From positions 85,580-149,579 of the forward strand of contig JBHGBJ010000004.1 of assembly GCA_041947025.1 (NCBI GenBank): 64,000 bases of DNA, written 5' to 3'. A program made the translations under genes and the position numbers. This DNA is from Thermodesulfobacteriota bacterium. GTDB taxonomy: Bacteria; Desulfobacterota; BSN033; UBA1163. The number at the start of each line of letters is the position of its first letter. Positions within the stretch are counted from its first letter, which is position 1. Shown one piece after another: positions 50,366 through 59,220 of this stretch. The notes under the pieces are model-generated. The model did no database searches, was not told the DNA's origin, and saw only the letters and a program-made list of their open reading frames with translations.

Positions 50366-50797
50366 TCAACCAACGGAAAATTCTCCCCTTTTCCACTTTT
50401 CTTTTTCCGTTTCAGTCTGAGATTCTTCCTGCCTGTACTCGCATTTCTCACATAGACCCTGCTCTTCAAACGAGACCTGGCAAAAAGTACCCCTCTCCTT
50501 CCAGCACGGTTTAGCACATCCCTGCCTAACGGACTGCCGCATGCACTTCAGGCAGCCATCCTTGAACCAACAGGGATAGAAGGTCAGGTGGTATGCCACA
50601 CCAGCCAGATTGAGACCTTTATCAAGAAGGCCTTGAATAAAGGAAAGGCGCTTTAGATCTTGGTCAGTGTACAACCGATGATCGTGTTTTCGAGGAGGTT
50701 TGAGAAGGCCATGGCGCTCCCAGACGCGGAGAGTTTCCGGGTGCACGCCCATGAGATCCGCCACAACGCCTATTGTATAAAGAGGTTTTTTCTCCAT
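50366..50797 (-). CDS. MerR-family transcriptional regulator with a Cys-rich C-terminal domain (10 Cys)
   Basis: N-terminal MerR HTH (YTIGVVADLMGVHPETLRVWERHGLL); C-terminal CWFKDGCLKCMRQSVRQGCAKPCWKERGTFCQVSFEEQGLCEKCEY. Confidence 0.8.
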   Translation of the reverse strand: MEKKPLYTIGVVADLMGVHPETLRVWERHGLLKPPRKHDHRLYTDQDLKRLSFIQGLLDKGLNLAGVAYHLTFYPCWFKDGCLKCMRQSVRQGCAKPCWKERGTFCQVSFEEQGLCEKCEYRQEESQTETEKEKWKRGEFSVG

Positions 50798-50953
50798 CCA
50801 AAGACCTTCAAAAGAAACTTTGAGCTATTTTCAATACCCTTTTATAAGAAACTCTATCCGATTGGGATAAGCGTTCATATGGGTTCAATGATGTATTCTC
50901 GGGAAAAATGGACTGTATTTTTCGGATACTCTGACGAAATAGAGCAAGTGTAA

Positions 50954-50980
50954 AAAAAATGGTATGTGTCCCGATTTTTT
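50954..50980. repeat. REP copy AAAAAATGGTATGTGTCCCGATTTTTT (reverse orientation)
   Basis: Exact match to the REP core. Confidence 0.75.
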
Positions 50981-51151
50981 AAAATACAGCGTCTATGGGT
51001 CGAAAATACATCATTCACCTGATTATTTTTTTAACGAGGCCGTGATTGAATGAAAGGTAACAAAGGCTGGCAGCTTTTCATCTCGCTTGAAATAGGTTAT
51101 GCTGAGCACGGTACGGGTGCCCTTTTGACACCCCCATTATCAGAAGAAAGG

Positions 51152-51769
51152 ATGAAGATGATCCTAAAGATCCTGATCGTCATCAGCTTGATAAGCTTCT
51201 CTACGCCTTGTTGGGCAGACATCTACAAGTATGAAGATGAAAACGGGGTGATTCATTTTACGAATCGGCCCAGAGATCCTCAATTTAAACTCTACCTTCA
51301 AGATAGGACCGGAAAGGGTGAAGAGATGCCAGGCGCTTCTTTCGAGACGGATCCCCCTTCTGTCGACCACCCTTACGAGGCCTTGATTTCTGCAGTTTCC
51401 AACAAATATCAGGTCGATTCTGCTCTGATCAAGGCCATCATTCGGGCTGAATCGGGATTCAACCCTCTTGCTGTCTCACCAAAAGGAGCAAGGGGGCTGA
51501 TGCAATTGATGCCGGAAACCGCTTCACGAGTGAAGGTGTCCAATCCTTTTAATCCTCAGGAGAATATCGAAGGCGGGGTTCGGCATTTCAAGTATCTTCT
51601 CTCGCTTTTCCATAATGATGTCCGGCTCTCATTGGCCGCCTACAATGCAGGGGAGGATATCGTTTCCAAATTGAGAACGATTCCGCCTTACCGGGAAACC
51701 ATCGATTATGTTCGAAAGGTATTGTACTTTTACCAACTCAACCAAGGGCAAAAAGCCATCATTTTTTAA
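51152..51769 (+). CDS. Lytic transglycosylase (SLT domain) with N-terminal DUF4124-like domain and signal peptide
   Basis: ADIYKYEDENGVIHFTN (DUF4124-like); SLT catalytic motif ESGFNPLAVSPKGARGLMQLMP. Confidence 0.8.
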   Translation: MKMILKILIVISLISFSTPCWADIYKYEDENGVIHFTNRPRDPQFKLYLQDRTGKGEEMPGASFETDPPSVDHPYEALISAVSNKYQVDSALIKAIIRAESGFNPLAVSPKGARGLMQLMPETASRVKVSNPFNPQENIEGGVRHFKYLLSLFHNDVRLSLAAYNAGEDIVSKLRTIPPYRETIDYVRKVLYFYQLNQGQKAIIF

Positions 51770-51789
51770 TTCCCCCCGTTTCGGTCTTG

Positions 51790-52770
51790 ACAGAATACAG
51801 TATTTTTCTTGAAGAAATACTGTCTTCTACTCATTGCTCCATCATGGGATTTGTAAGAAAATGACGGCATTATAAAAGAATTGCCAACGAACCCGTAAAC
51901 GTGATAAGAAAGCCCATGGATTTAAAATCCTTTGAATTTCTTGTACAGAGTGACAGAGAGGTTAAACAATACTGGATGCGGCAGTGCTGGAAAAACGACT
52001 TCCTCTTCTGTATACGTTGCCGGGCGAGAAGGATCTATCGGGTCCGGCGCGACCGATACCGTTGCAGCCAATGCGGTTATGAATTCTCCGATTTTACCGG
52101 AAGGTGGATCAATAGGGTGAAACTTCCGCTAAGAGACTGGCTCTGGCTGGTCAAACTTTTTGAGTTGGAAATCTCGGCCAGAAAGGTTTCTCAGCAGCTC
52201 GGTATATCCTATCCGACCGTGCTCAAAGCCTTTCACCTGATCCGAAAGGCGATTACCGCTCATGCGGATGGCCGCGATTCTCTCCTCAACGGGGAAGTCG
52301 AGTTGAACCAGACCTATTTTGAAGATCGTCGTCGCAATAGACCTTCCCATAAGATTCCTGTCTTCGGTATTCTTGAAAGAAAAGGCCAGGTCAGAGTGGA
52401 GATCTTGAAAGAAATCACTGCGGAGGAGATGCTCAACAAGACGGTTAAGACGGTGAGGAGAGGGTCCGTCGTCTACACCGATCGATTCAACGGGTACGAT
52501 GCACTGATGTTCTGCGGCTACAAGCATATCCGGATGAACTCCGGGAAACGGTTTACCCGTAAGGAAGTCTACATCAATGGTGTGGACGGCTTCTGGAGTT
52601 ATGCGAAGGAGAGGATCAACAAGTTTCACGGAGTCTCAAGGGAAAAGTTCCCTTTCTACCTGAAGGAGATGGAGTTCAGGTACAACCACAGGAATAAGCC
52701 GATTTTCGATAAATTGGTCTGCTACCTTTGTGATCTGGCGGTGGTCTGAGAATATCTGTCTGAGGCAAGA
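51790..52770 (+). mobile_element. IS1595-family (ISXO2-like) insertion sequence, approximate ends
   Basis: Transposase CDS inside; left-end palindrome ACAGTATTT-n9-AAATACTGT at about 51803-51830; ends and target-site duplication not confidently defined. Confidence 0.4.
51916..52749 (+). CDS. IS1595-family transposase (N-terminal zinc ribbon plus DDE domain)
   Basis: CIRCRARRIYRVRRDRYRCSQCGYEF zinc ribbon followed by a DDE_Tnp_IS1595-like core (YTDRFNGYD...NGVDGFWSYAKER). Confidence 0.75.
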   Translation: MDLKSFEFLVQSDREVKQYWMRQCWKNDFLFCIRCRARRIYRVRRDRYRCSQCGYEFSDFTGRWINRVKLPLRDWLWLVKLFELEISARKVSQQLGISYPTVLKAFHLIRKAITAHADGRDSLLNGEVELNQTYFEDRRRNRPSHKIPVFGILERKGQVRVEILKEITAEEMLNKTVKTVRRGSVVYTDRFNGYDALMFCGYKHIRMNSGKRFTRKEVYINGVDGFWSYAKERINKFHGVSREKFPFYLKEMEFRYNHRNKPIFDKLVCYLCDLAVV

Positions 52771-52773
52771 GCG

Positions 52774-54483
52774 ATGGATTCCCATCAAGATCGGATGGCC
52801 TCTTATTTGATCGAAAAGGGGCTCCTTCAAAAAGAAGATTTGGATAAGATCCTTCCTCCGGGCCAGCCGGCCGGCGCCCTTTCTCTGGAGGAAAAGCTGA
52901 TTCAATCTGGACTGATGGGCGAGGAGCAATTCCGGAAGGTGGTGGAAGAATTTTATGGGGTCCCTTTTTTTGCAGTCAAAGATCTGCCACCTGAACCCGT
53001 CCTCGTCAATTCTCTCTCGGTCGATTTCATGAAAGAGTCCAAATTCATCCCCGTTCGCTTCGCCGAAAACGAGCTGACCATCGCCATGAGTCATCCTCTC
53101 GATTTTTACACCATCGACGCCATACGGGTCGCCACGGGTCACCAGGTTCGGGTGGTCTATGCCATGGAGGAGGGAATTCTGTGGGCCATTGACCAATATT
53201 ATGGATCGGGGAACACTTCCATGGAAAAGATCATTGAGGATCTGGATGCTGTCCCGGAGTACCGGGTCGAGGATGAGGAGAATATCGATCATCTTCGGGA
53301 CATGGCGTCGGAGGGACCGGTCATCCGGCTGGTCAATCTCATTATCAGCAAGGCCATCGAGACCAGGGCCAGCGATATTCACTTTGAGCCCTTCGAGGAC
53401 CAGTTCAGGGTCCGTTATCGGATTGACGGGGTGCTGCACGATGTGGAATCGCCTCCGAAGCGCCTCCAGGCGGCCATCGCCTCCCGTGTCAAGATCATGG
53501 CCAAGCTCAACATTGCGGAGAGACGTCTTCCGCAGGATGGGCGGATCATGCTCCGCGTGAAGGGAAAGGAGATCGATTTCAGGGTCTCTTCGGTTCCGAC
53601 CATCTACGGGGAAAGCATCGTTCTAAGGATCCTGGATAAGAGCAGCATTGTCCTCGATATTGAGAAACTCGGTTTCCCGCACGATACGCTCACGGGATTC
53701 AACGATCTGATCCAGAGGCCCCACGGCATCATTCTGGTCACGGGCCCGACCGGAAGCGGAAAGACCACAACCCTCTACTGCGCCCTGGAGAAGATCAATG
53801 CCCCGGACAAGAAGATCATCACCATCGAGGACCCTGTGGAATATCAGCTCAAAGGGATCAACCAGATCCAGGTCAAGCCAGCGATCGGCCTTTCCTTTGC
53901 CAATGCATTGAGATCGATTGTCCGTCAGGATCCGGATGTGATTCTGATCGGAGAGGTCCGGGATGCTGAGACAGCAGAGATTGCGATCCACTCCGCATTG
54001 ACCGGTCACCTCGTATTGAGCACGCTCCACACGAATGATGCGCCCAGCGCGGTCACCCGATTGATCGATATGGGGATGGAGGATTTCCTTCTCTCCTCGA
54101 CCCTGATCGGGATTTTAGCCCAGCGGTTGGTTCGCGTGACCTGCCCCCACTGCCAGGTTCCCTATATCCCCGATCCTGCGATTCTGAAGGAAATGGATCT
54201 CCACGGCAGGGAGCCTGATCATTCGAAGATCGTGGGAGTCAAGGGATGCGAACACTGCGCCCAGACAGGATATTGGGGCCGGGCGGGGATCTTTGAATTT
54301 TTGAAGGTGACCGAAGAGATACAAAAACTGATCCTGGGAAAGAAGGACGCCAATATTATCAAGGAGGAGGCTCGCAAACAGGGGATGAGGACGTTGAGGG
54401 AAGACGGTTGGCTGAAGGTGAAGCAGGGGATGACCACCGTTTCGGAAGTCCTGAGGGTCACCCAGGAGGAGAGGGTCGGATAA
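52774..54483 (+). CDS. gspE: Type II secretion / type IV pilus-type assembly ATPase (GspE family) with N-terminal T2SSE_N domain and C-terminal zinc-binding CxxC...CxxC
   Basis: Walker A GPTGSGKTT, Asp box, Walker B, His box; tetracysteine CPHC...CEHC. Confidence 0.9.
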   Translation: MDSHQDRMASYLIEKGLLQKEDLDKILPPGQPAGALSLEEKLIQSGLMGEEQFRKVVEEFYGVPFFAVKDLPPEPVLVNSLSVDFMKESKFIPVRFAENELTIAMSHPLDFYTIDAIRVATGHQVRVVYAMEEGILWAIDQYYGSGNTSMEKIIEDLDAVPEYRVEDEENIDHLRDMASEGPVIRLVNLIISKAIETRASDIHFEPFEDQFRVRYRIDGVLHDVESPPKRLQAAIASRVKIMAKLNIAERRLPQDGRIMLRVKGKEIDFRVSSVPTIYGESIVLRILDKSSIVLDIEKLGFPHDTLTGFNDLIQRPHGIILVTGPTGSGKTTTLYCALEKINAPDKKIITIEDPVEYQLKGINQIQVKPAIGLSFANALRSIVRQDPDVILIGEVRDAETAEIAIHSALTGHLVLSTLHTNDAPSAVTRLIDMGMEDFLLSSTLIGILAQRLVRVTCPHCQVPYIPDPAILKEMDLHGREPDHSKIVGVKGCEHCAQTGYWGRAGIFEFLKVTEEIQKLILGKKDANIIKEEARKQGMRTLREDGWLKVKQGMTTVSEVLRVTQEERVG

Positions 54484-54488
54484 AACCC

Positions 54489-55703
54489 ATGCCGGAATTT
54501 CTTTACAAGGCGACCACCCGGTCCGGAGGAACGGTAGAGGGCCTCATGGAGGGGAGGGATGAAGAGAACGTCATCGAGGGGCTTCATCGGCTGGGGTACA
54601 TTCCGATCCGGATTACCTCGGCTGAAAAAAAGGGAGGGGCCTTCGGTCTCTCCTCAATTTTCCCCCGGCGGGTGGGAATCAAGGACCTGCTCGTCTTGAC
54701 CCAAGAACTCTCGACACTGATCTCCGCAGGGCTGCCCATTGACCGGAGTCTCAATATCCTGAGCAGCTTGGCAGAGAATGAAAAACTGAAGGAGGTGACG
54801 AAGGACGTGCTCAGCAAGGTCGAGGGAGGAAGCTCTCTCGCGGACGCTTTGAACAATCATCCCCGGATCTTCTCAAAACTCTATGTGAACATGGTTAAGG
54901 CGGGCGAGTCCGGTGGTTTTCTGGAAGCCATCCTGTCCCGTCTGGCCCAGTATCTTCAAAGCGTCAAGGAGATTCGAGAGTCCCTGGTTTCCGCGATGAT
55001 CTATCCTCTCATTCTCACGATCGTCAGCGGGATCTCTGTAGCGATTCTGGTGACCTTCGTCATTCCCAGATTCGCGAGGATCTTTGCAGATACCGGCCAG
55101 GCGATCCCCCTGCCAACGCAGATCATGCTCGCGATCAGCCATGGAGTGAGAGGTTATTGGTGGCTGGGAGCTGGCGCGATCGCCCTCGGTTATCTTGGGC
55201 TCAGGATCTATCTCCAGCAGGAAGAGAGGAAAGTGAGATGGGACCGGTTCAAATTGAGATGGGTCTTGATGGGCGACATCATCAAGAAAGTGGAGGTGGC
55301 CCGTTTTTCAAGGACGCTCGGGACCTTGCTCCAGAGCGGAGTTTCGATTCTTCCGGCCCTCAACCTGACCAAAGAGATCTCCCAGAACAGAGTGATCTCA
55401 CAGTCCATTGCCTCCATTCACGACCGGCTCAGGGAAGGAAAGGCGATCTCAAAATCGTTGGCAGAAACCGACGTCTTTCCGCCTCTGGCGGCCCATATGA
55501 TTGGTGTCGGAGAGGAGACCGGAAGGCTCGACGAGATGCTGATCAAGGTGGCTGAGACCTATGAGGAGAATGTCCAGAGGGCGGTCAAAAGGGCCGTCTC
55601 CCTCCTGGAACCTTTCATCATCCTCTTCATGGGCCTTGTTGTAGGGTTCATCGTGATCTCCATGCTATTAGGAATCTTCAGCATCAATGAAATTCCTTTT
55701 TAA
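54489..55703 (+). CDS. gspF: Type II secretion inner-membrane platform protein (GspF family)
   Basis: About 405 aa, two T2SSF repeats, three TM segments. Confidence 0.88.
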   Translation: MPEFLYKATTRSGGTVEGLMEGRDEENVIEGLHRLGYIPIRITSAEKKGGAFGLSSIFPRRVGIKDLLVLTQELSTLISAGLPIDRSLNILSSLAENEKLKEVTKDVLSKVEGGSSLADALNNHPRIFSKLYVNMVKAGESGGFLEAILSRLAQYLQSVKEIRESLVSAMIYPLILTIVSGISVAILVTFVIPRFARIFADTGQAIPLPTQIMLAISHGVRGYWWLGAGAIALGYLGLRIYLQQEERKVRWDRFKLRWVLMGDIIKKVEVARFSRTLGTLLQSGVSILPALNLTKEISQNRVISQSIASIHDRLREGKAISKSLAETDVFPPLAAHMIGVGEETGRLDEMLIKVAETYEENVQRAVKRAVSLLEPFIILFMGLVVGFIVISMLLGIFSINEIPF

Positions 55704-55977
55704 CCCCTCTCCCGTGAGACGAGTGGGGCCATGAGGAGGGAGGGTCGATTCAGGGGGACAGGCAGTCAGGTTTCTCAGCTTTAGAATGCGGTCGTTTTAA
55801 GTGATCGAGGATTGGCTCTTGCAGAGAGGTGATTCTTTTCGTTAGCCGGGAGCTCCGTAGGGGAGCGATAAGGTTTCCGCTCTAGAGCTTCGTCACCCGA
55901 CCGCCTGTCCCATGCCGAGTGAATAGCTTTTCTTTGATTACGACGTAGTCTCCCAAGGATGAGCAAGAGGAGAAGAG

Positions 55978-56421
55978 ATGAAAGATAAGAGCGGGGCAAG
56001 AGAAAAAGGGTTTACGCTGATCGAGATTCTGGTGGTCGTCATCATCATCGGTCTGCTGGCGGCCTTGGTGGGACCAAAGTACTTTGGCCAGGTGAGCACG
56101 GCCAAACAGAAGGCGGCCAAGGCCCAGATTGAGCTCTTCGCCACGGCCTTGGATACCTTTCGTCTGGATACGGGAAGATACCCAACCCAGGAGGAAGGCT
56201 TGAAGGCCCTGAGGGAAAAGCCTTCCGGGTTGGAGAACTGGCAGGGACCTTACCTTCCGAAAGAGATCCCCATGGATCCGTGGGGGAAGCCTTATGTCTA
56301 TAAGTTCCCGGGCGAGCATTACGATTACGATCTGATATCCTATGGACTCGATGGGGCGGAGGGAGGCACGGGAGAGAATCAGGATGTTGTGAGCTGGAAA
56401 GACGTAGGGAAGGAGAAATGA
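55978..56421 (+). CDS. gspG: Major pseudopilin GspG
   Basis: Prepilin leader ...KGFTLIEILVV; conserved GspG core. Confidence 0.88.
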   Translation: MKDKSGAREKGFTLIEILVVVIIIGLLAALVGPKYFGQVSTAKQKAAKAQIELFATALDTFRLDTGRYPTQEEGLKALREKPSGLENWQGPYLPKEIPMDPWGKPYVYKFPGEHYDYDLISYGLDGAEGGTGENQDVVSWKDVGKEK

Positions 56422-56876
56422 AGAAGAAGGGTTTTACATTAATCGAATTGATCATCGTCTTGCTCCTGGCGGGCCTGGCTGTATCGCTGGTCACCCCTTC
56501 TCTTTTCCGGCTCTCCAAAACGGCCGAACTGAGGGGAATGGCCCAAAAGATTTCTGCTATCCTCCGCTACTGCCGGAGCGAGTCTATTCATAAAAGACAG
56601 GTTTATCAGGTTCTTTTCGATTCCCATCAGAGGGAGGTAAGGGTTCGGTCCATGGAAGATGAGAAGGTCACCCGGAGATATGCTCTCCCCGAAGGGATTC
56701 AGATCGAGGAAGTCAAGATCCCTTCTCCTCAATATCTTACGGAGGTTCCGACAATCGAGTTTTATCCCAATGGGGGATCGAACGGAGGTTCCATTCTTGT
56801 GGGTAGCCGAGACCGCAAGGGATACATGATCAAGGTCCATTTTTTGACCGGGATCGTTGAAATCGAGAAGGTCTGA
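56418..56876 (+). CDS. Minor pseudopilin GspH-like
   Basis: Prepilin N-terminus KKGFTLIELIIVLLL; size and position. Confidence 0.6.
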   Translation: MKKKGFTLIELIIVLLLAGLAVSLVTPSLFRLSKTAELRGMAQKISAILRYCRSESIHKRQVYQVLFDSHQREVRVRSMEDEKVTRRYALPEGIQIEEVKIPSPQYLTEVPTIEFYPNGGSNGGSILVGSRDRKGYMIKVHFLTGIVEIEKV

Positions 56877-56888
56877 CCGAGTGACTCG

Positions 56889-57320
56889 ATGTTAAGTGTC
56901 AGAGCCCAACGCTCACATCCGAAAGGGTTTACCCTGATCGAAGTAGTCATTGCCCTTGCGATCTTGGGGATAGGACTGGTCGTGATCATGGAACTCTTCT
57001 CGGGAGGACTTCGTCTGGGAAGGACCTCGGGAGAGTACACCGTGGCAAGCAATTACGCCCGGATGAAGATGGAGGAGATCAGGCTAAACCCGTCCGTTCA
57101 AGAAGGGACAGAGGAGGGAGAATTCAACGGCCTTTATCGATGGCAGGTTGAAGTGAAAAAGATCGAAGTCTTGCCGCTCGAAAAGAACAGGGACTTTAAT
57201 GCTCCGGCTGAACTTTTTCAGGTTAAGGTCCATGTCATTTGGAAGTCAGGGGGAAAGGAAAGGTCCATGGGTCTGGAAACTTATCAAACGGCCAAAGAGG
57301 AAGGGAATGGAAACATTTGA
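56889..57320 (+). CDS. Minor pseudopilin GspI-like
   Basis: Prepilin N-terminus KGFTLIEVVIAL; size and position. Confidence 0.6.
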   Translation: MLSVRAQRSHPKGFTLIEVVIALAILGIGLVVIMELFSGGLRLGRTSGEYTVASNYARMKMEEIRLNPSVQEGTEEGEFNGLYRWQVEVKKIEVLPLEKNRDFNAPAELFQVKVHVIWKSGGKERSMGLETYQTAKEEGNGNI

Positions 57321-58077
57321 GTCTCTTCTTCTCATTGAGAAACGAAGGGATCGCGGATTCACCCTGCTTGAGGTGATCGTCACACTCACCGTTATTGGAT
57401 TCATTCTTCTCATCATTTTCGGGGCCTTCCGTCTGGGCTTCTCTGCCTGGGACAAAGGGGAATCTCTCAAGGAAGAGTATCAAAGGACGCGGATGATCTC
57501 CCAGTTGATCGCTCAGCAGATGAAATCGGCCGTCCCGTACAAGATCAAGACCAAGAAGGCAGAAGGGGATTATCTCGCCTTCGAGGGAGATGACCATTCC
57601 GTGAAGTTCGTCTCGGCTTTCTCGGTGAAGGCGAAAGAATCCGAAGGATTTGTTTTTGCCGCCTATGATTTCAGAAGAGAAGGAAGGGAAGGAGGCCGTT
57701 TGGTTTTTTACGAGCAGAGGGCTCTCAACAAAGACTTCTTTGAAGAGAGACCCAAGGAGGAATTGGAAATTCAGCTGCTGGAGGGGGTTTCAAATGTCCA
57801 GTTCGAATACTATCGGGAGGAAGACCCGGATGAGAATCGGACAGAGGAATGGGTTCCAGAGTGGAATGCAAGAGAAGAGAAGGAGTTGCCCAGGGCCTTC
57901 CGAATGACGATCACCTATGCTGCCGCTCCAGAGGCGGGGCAGTCCGGGCAGACCAAGGAGAAGAAGGTCTCCATCCAGCTTCTCGCATCCATTCCAGCCC
58001 ATCAATTGGAGGAGTTGAGAACCGCTCCACCCGGCATAAGGGGATTACAGCAAATACCCCAGAGAAGAGCGAATTAA
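57307..58077 (+). CDS. Minor pseudopilin GspJ-like
   Basis: Prepilin N-terminus RGFTLLEVIVTL; size and position. Confidence 0.55.
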   Translation: METFESLLLIEKRRDRGFTLLEVIVTLTVIGFILLIIFGAFRLGFSAWDKGESLKEEYQRTRMISQLIAQQMKSAVPYKIKTKKAEGDYLAFEGDDHSVKFVSAFSVKAKESEGFVFAAYDFRREGREGGRLVFYEQRALNKDFFEERPKEELEIQLLEGVSNVQFEYYREEDPDENRTEEWVPEWNAREEKELPRAFRMTITYAAAPEAGQSGQTKEKKVSIQLLASIPAHQLEELRTAPPGIRGLQQIPQRRAN

Positions 58078-59157
58078 ATGGGCCGAAGAATCGAACTCGG
58101 AATCAGGAATCCTGCAATCGGCAATCGAAAAGGTGTGGCGATGATCATGGTGCTTTGGGTCATCGCCATCCTTTCGGTGGTCGTTTTGGAATTCTGTTTT
58201 GGCATGAGGACAGAAGCCAATATCGCCAAGAACTTTAAGGAAGACGTGCAGCTTTATGCCATAGCGGAAGGAGGCGTCGAGCGGGCCATTGTAGAGTTGA
58301 TCTACAAACACGACCTCAGGGTTCAACAACTGAGAAGGGGTACGAAAACCGAAGAAATCCCTCCGGAGATGAAGGAATGGCTGACGGATGGAAGACCCTA
58401 CCCTCTCGTCTTCGATCAGGGATCCTGTGAGATCAGAATCATGGCCGAAGGAGGCAAGGTCAATATCAACAAGGTCTCCGAAGCCACGCTACGAAAAATC
58501 ATCGGGAACTTAGGTCTTGAAGCGGAACAAAGGGATATCGTGACCGATTCGATCTTGGATTGGCGGGATCCGGATGATCTCTACCGTATCAATGGGGCCG
58601 AGAATGACTATTATCAGTCCCTCAAGGAACCCTATCTCTGTAAGAACGACAATCTCGATTCGATCGAAGAACTCCTCCTCGTCCGAGGTGTGACCCCTGA
58701 ATTATTCTATGGGAGGAAGAAGACTCTCAACGGAGAGGAAGAGAGCAAGGCCGATCAAGCCGGATTGAAAGATATCTTCTCCATTTATTCCTCGGGAGAG
58801 CAGATCGACATCAACAGTGCCACGTCTGTCGTCTTGAGGTATGTCCTGGGAGTGCCGGAGGATGTCTCTCGACCAATCGTTAAGGCCCGAGAGGAGAAGG
58901 GATTCTTGAACCAACAGGATCTGCTTCAAAGGGTGCCCGAGATCTTACCTTTTATCGGGGAAGTGGGAAAGATCGCTCTCTATCAGTCCATAACCCCCTA
59001 CTACACCACCGAATCCGTGGCAAGGAGTAAAGAAGGAGGTGCGACTCGAGGCATAAAAGCCATCCTCAAGGTCGATCCGAAGGAGAGGAAGGGATACAAG
59101 ATCGTTCAATGGATCGATGCGGTGGGGTATTCAACGGCCTCAAACCCTGATTTTTGA
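58078..59157 (+). CDS. GspK-like minor pseudopilin
   Basis: 359 aa; N-terminal hydrophobic segment without the conserved Glu5; helix-hairpin-helix-like region typical of GspK. Confidence 0.65.
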   Translation: MGRRIELGIRNPAIGNRKGVAMIMVLWVIAILSVVVLEFCFGMRTEANIAKNFKEDVQLYAIAEGGVERAIVELIYKHDLRVQQLRRGTKTEEIPPEMKEWLTDGRPYPLVFDQGSCEIRIMAEGGKVNINKVSEATLRKIIGNLGLEAEQRDIVTDSILDWRDPDDLYRINGAENDYYQSLKEPYLCKNDNLDSIEELLLVRGVTPELFYGRKKTLNGEEESKADQAGLKDIFSIYSSGEQIDINSATSVVLRYVLGVPEDVSRPIVKAREEKGFLNQQDLLQRVPEILPFIGEVGKIALYQSITPYYTTESVARSKEGGATRGIKAILKVDPKERKGYKIVQWIDAVGYSTASNPDF

Positions 59158-59220
59158 ATCGGGCTTTGCCTGGGGGAAATCGAAGAGCTCCAGGGCGGTT
59201 GATTTAATGGAAGGTTCGCC

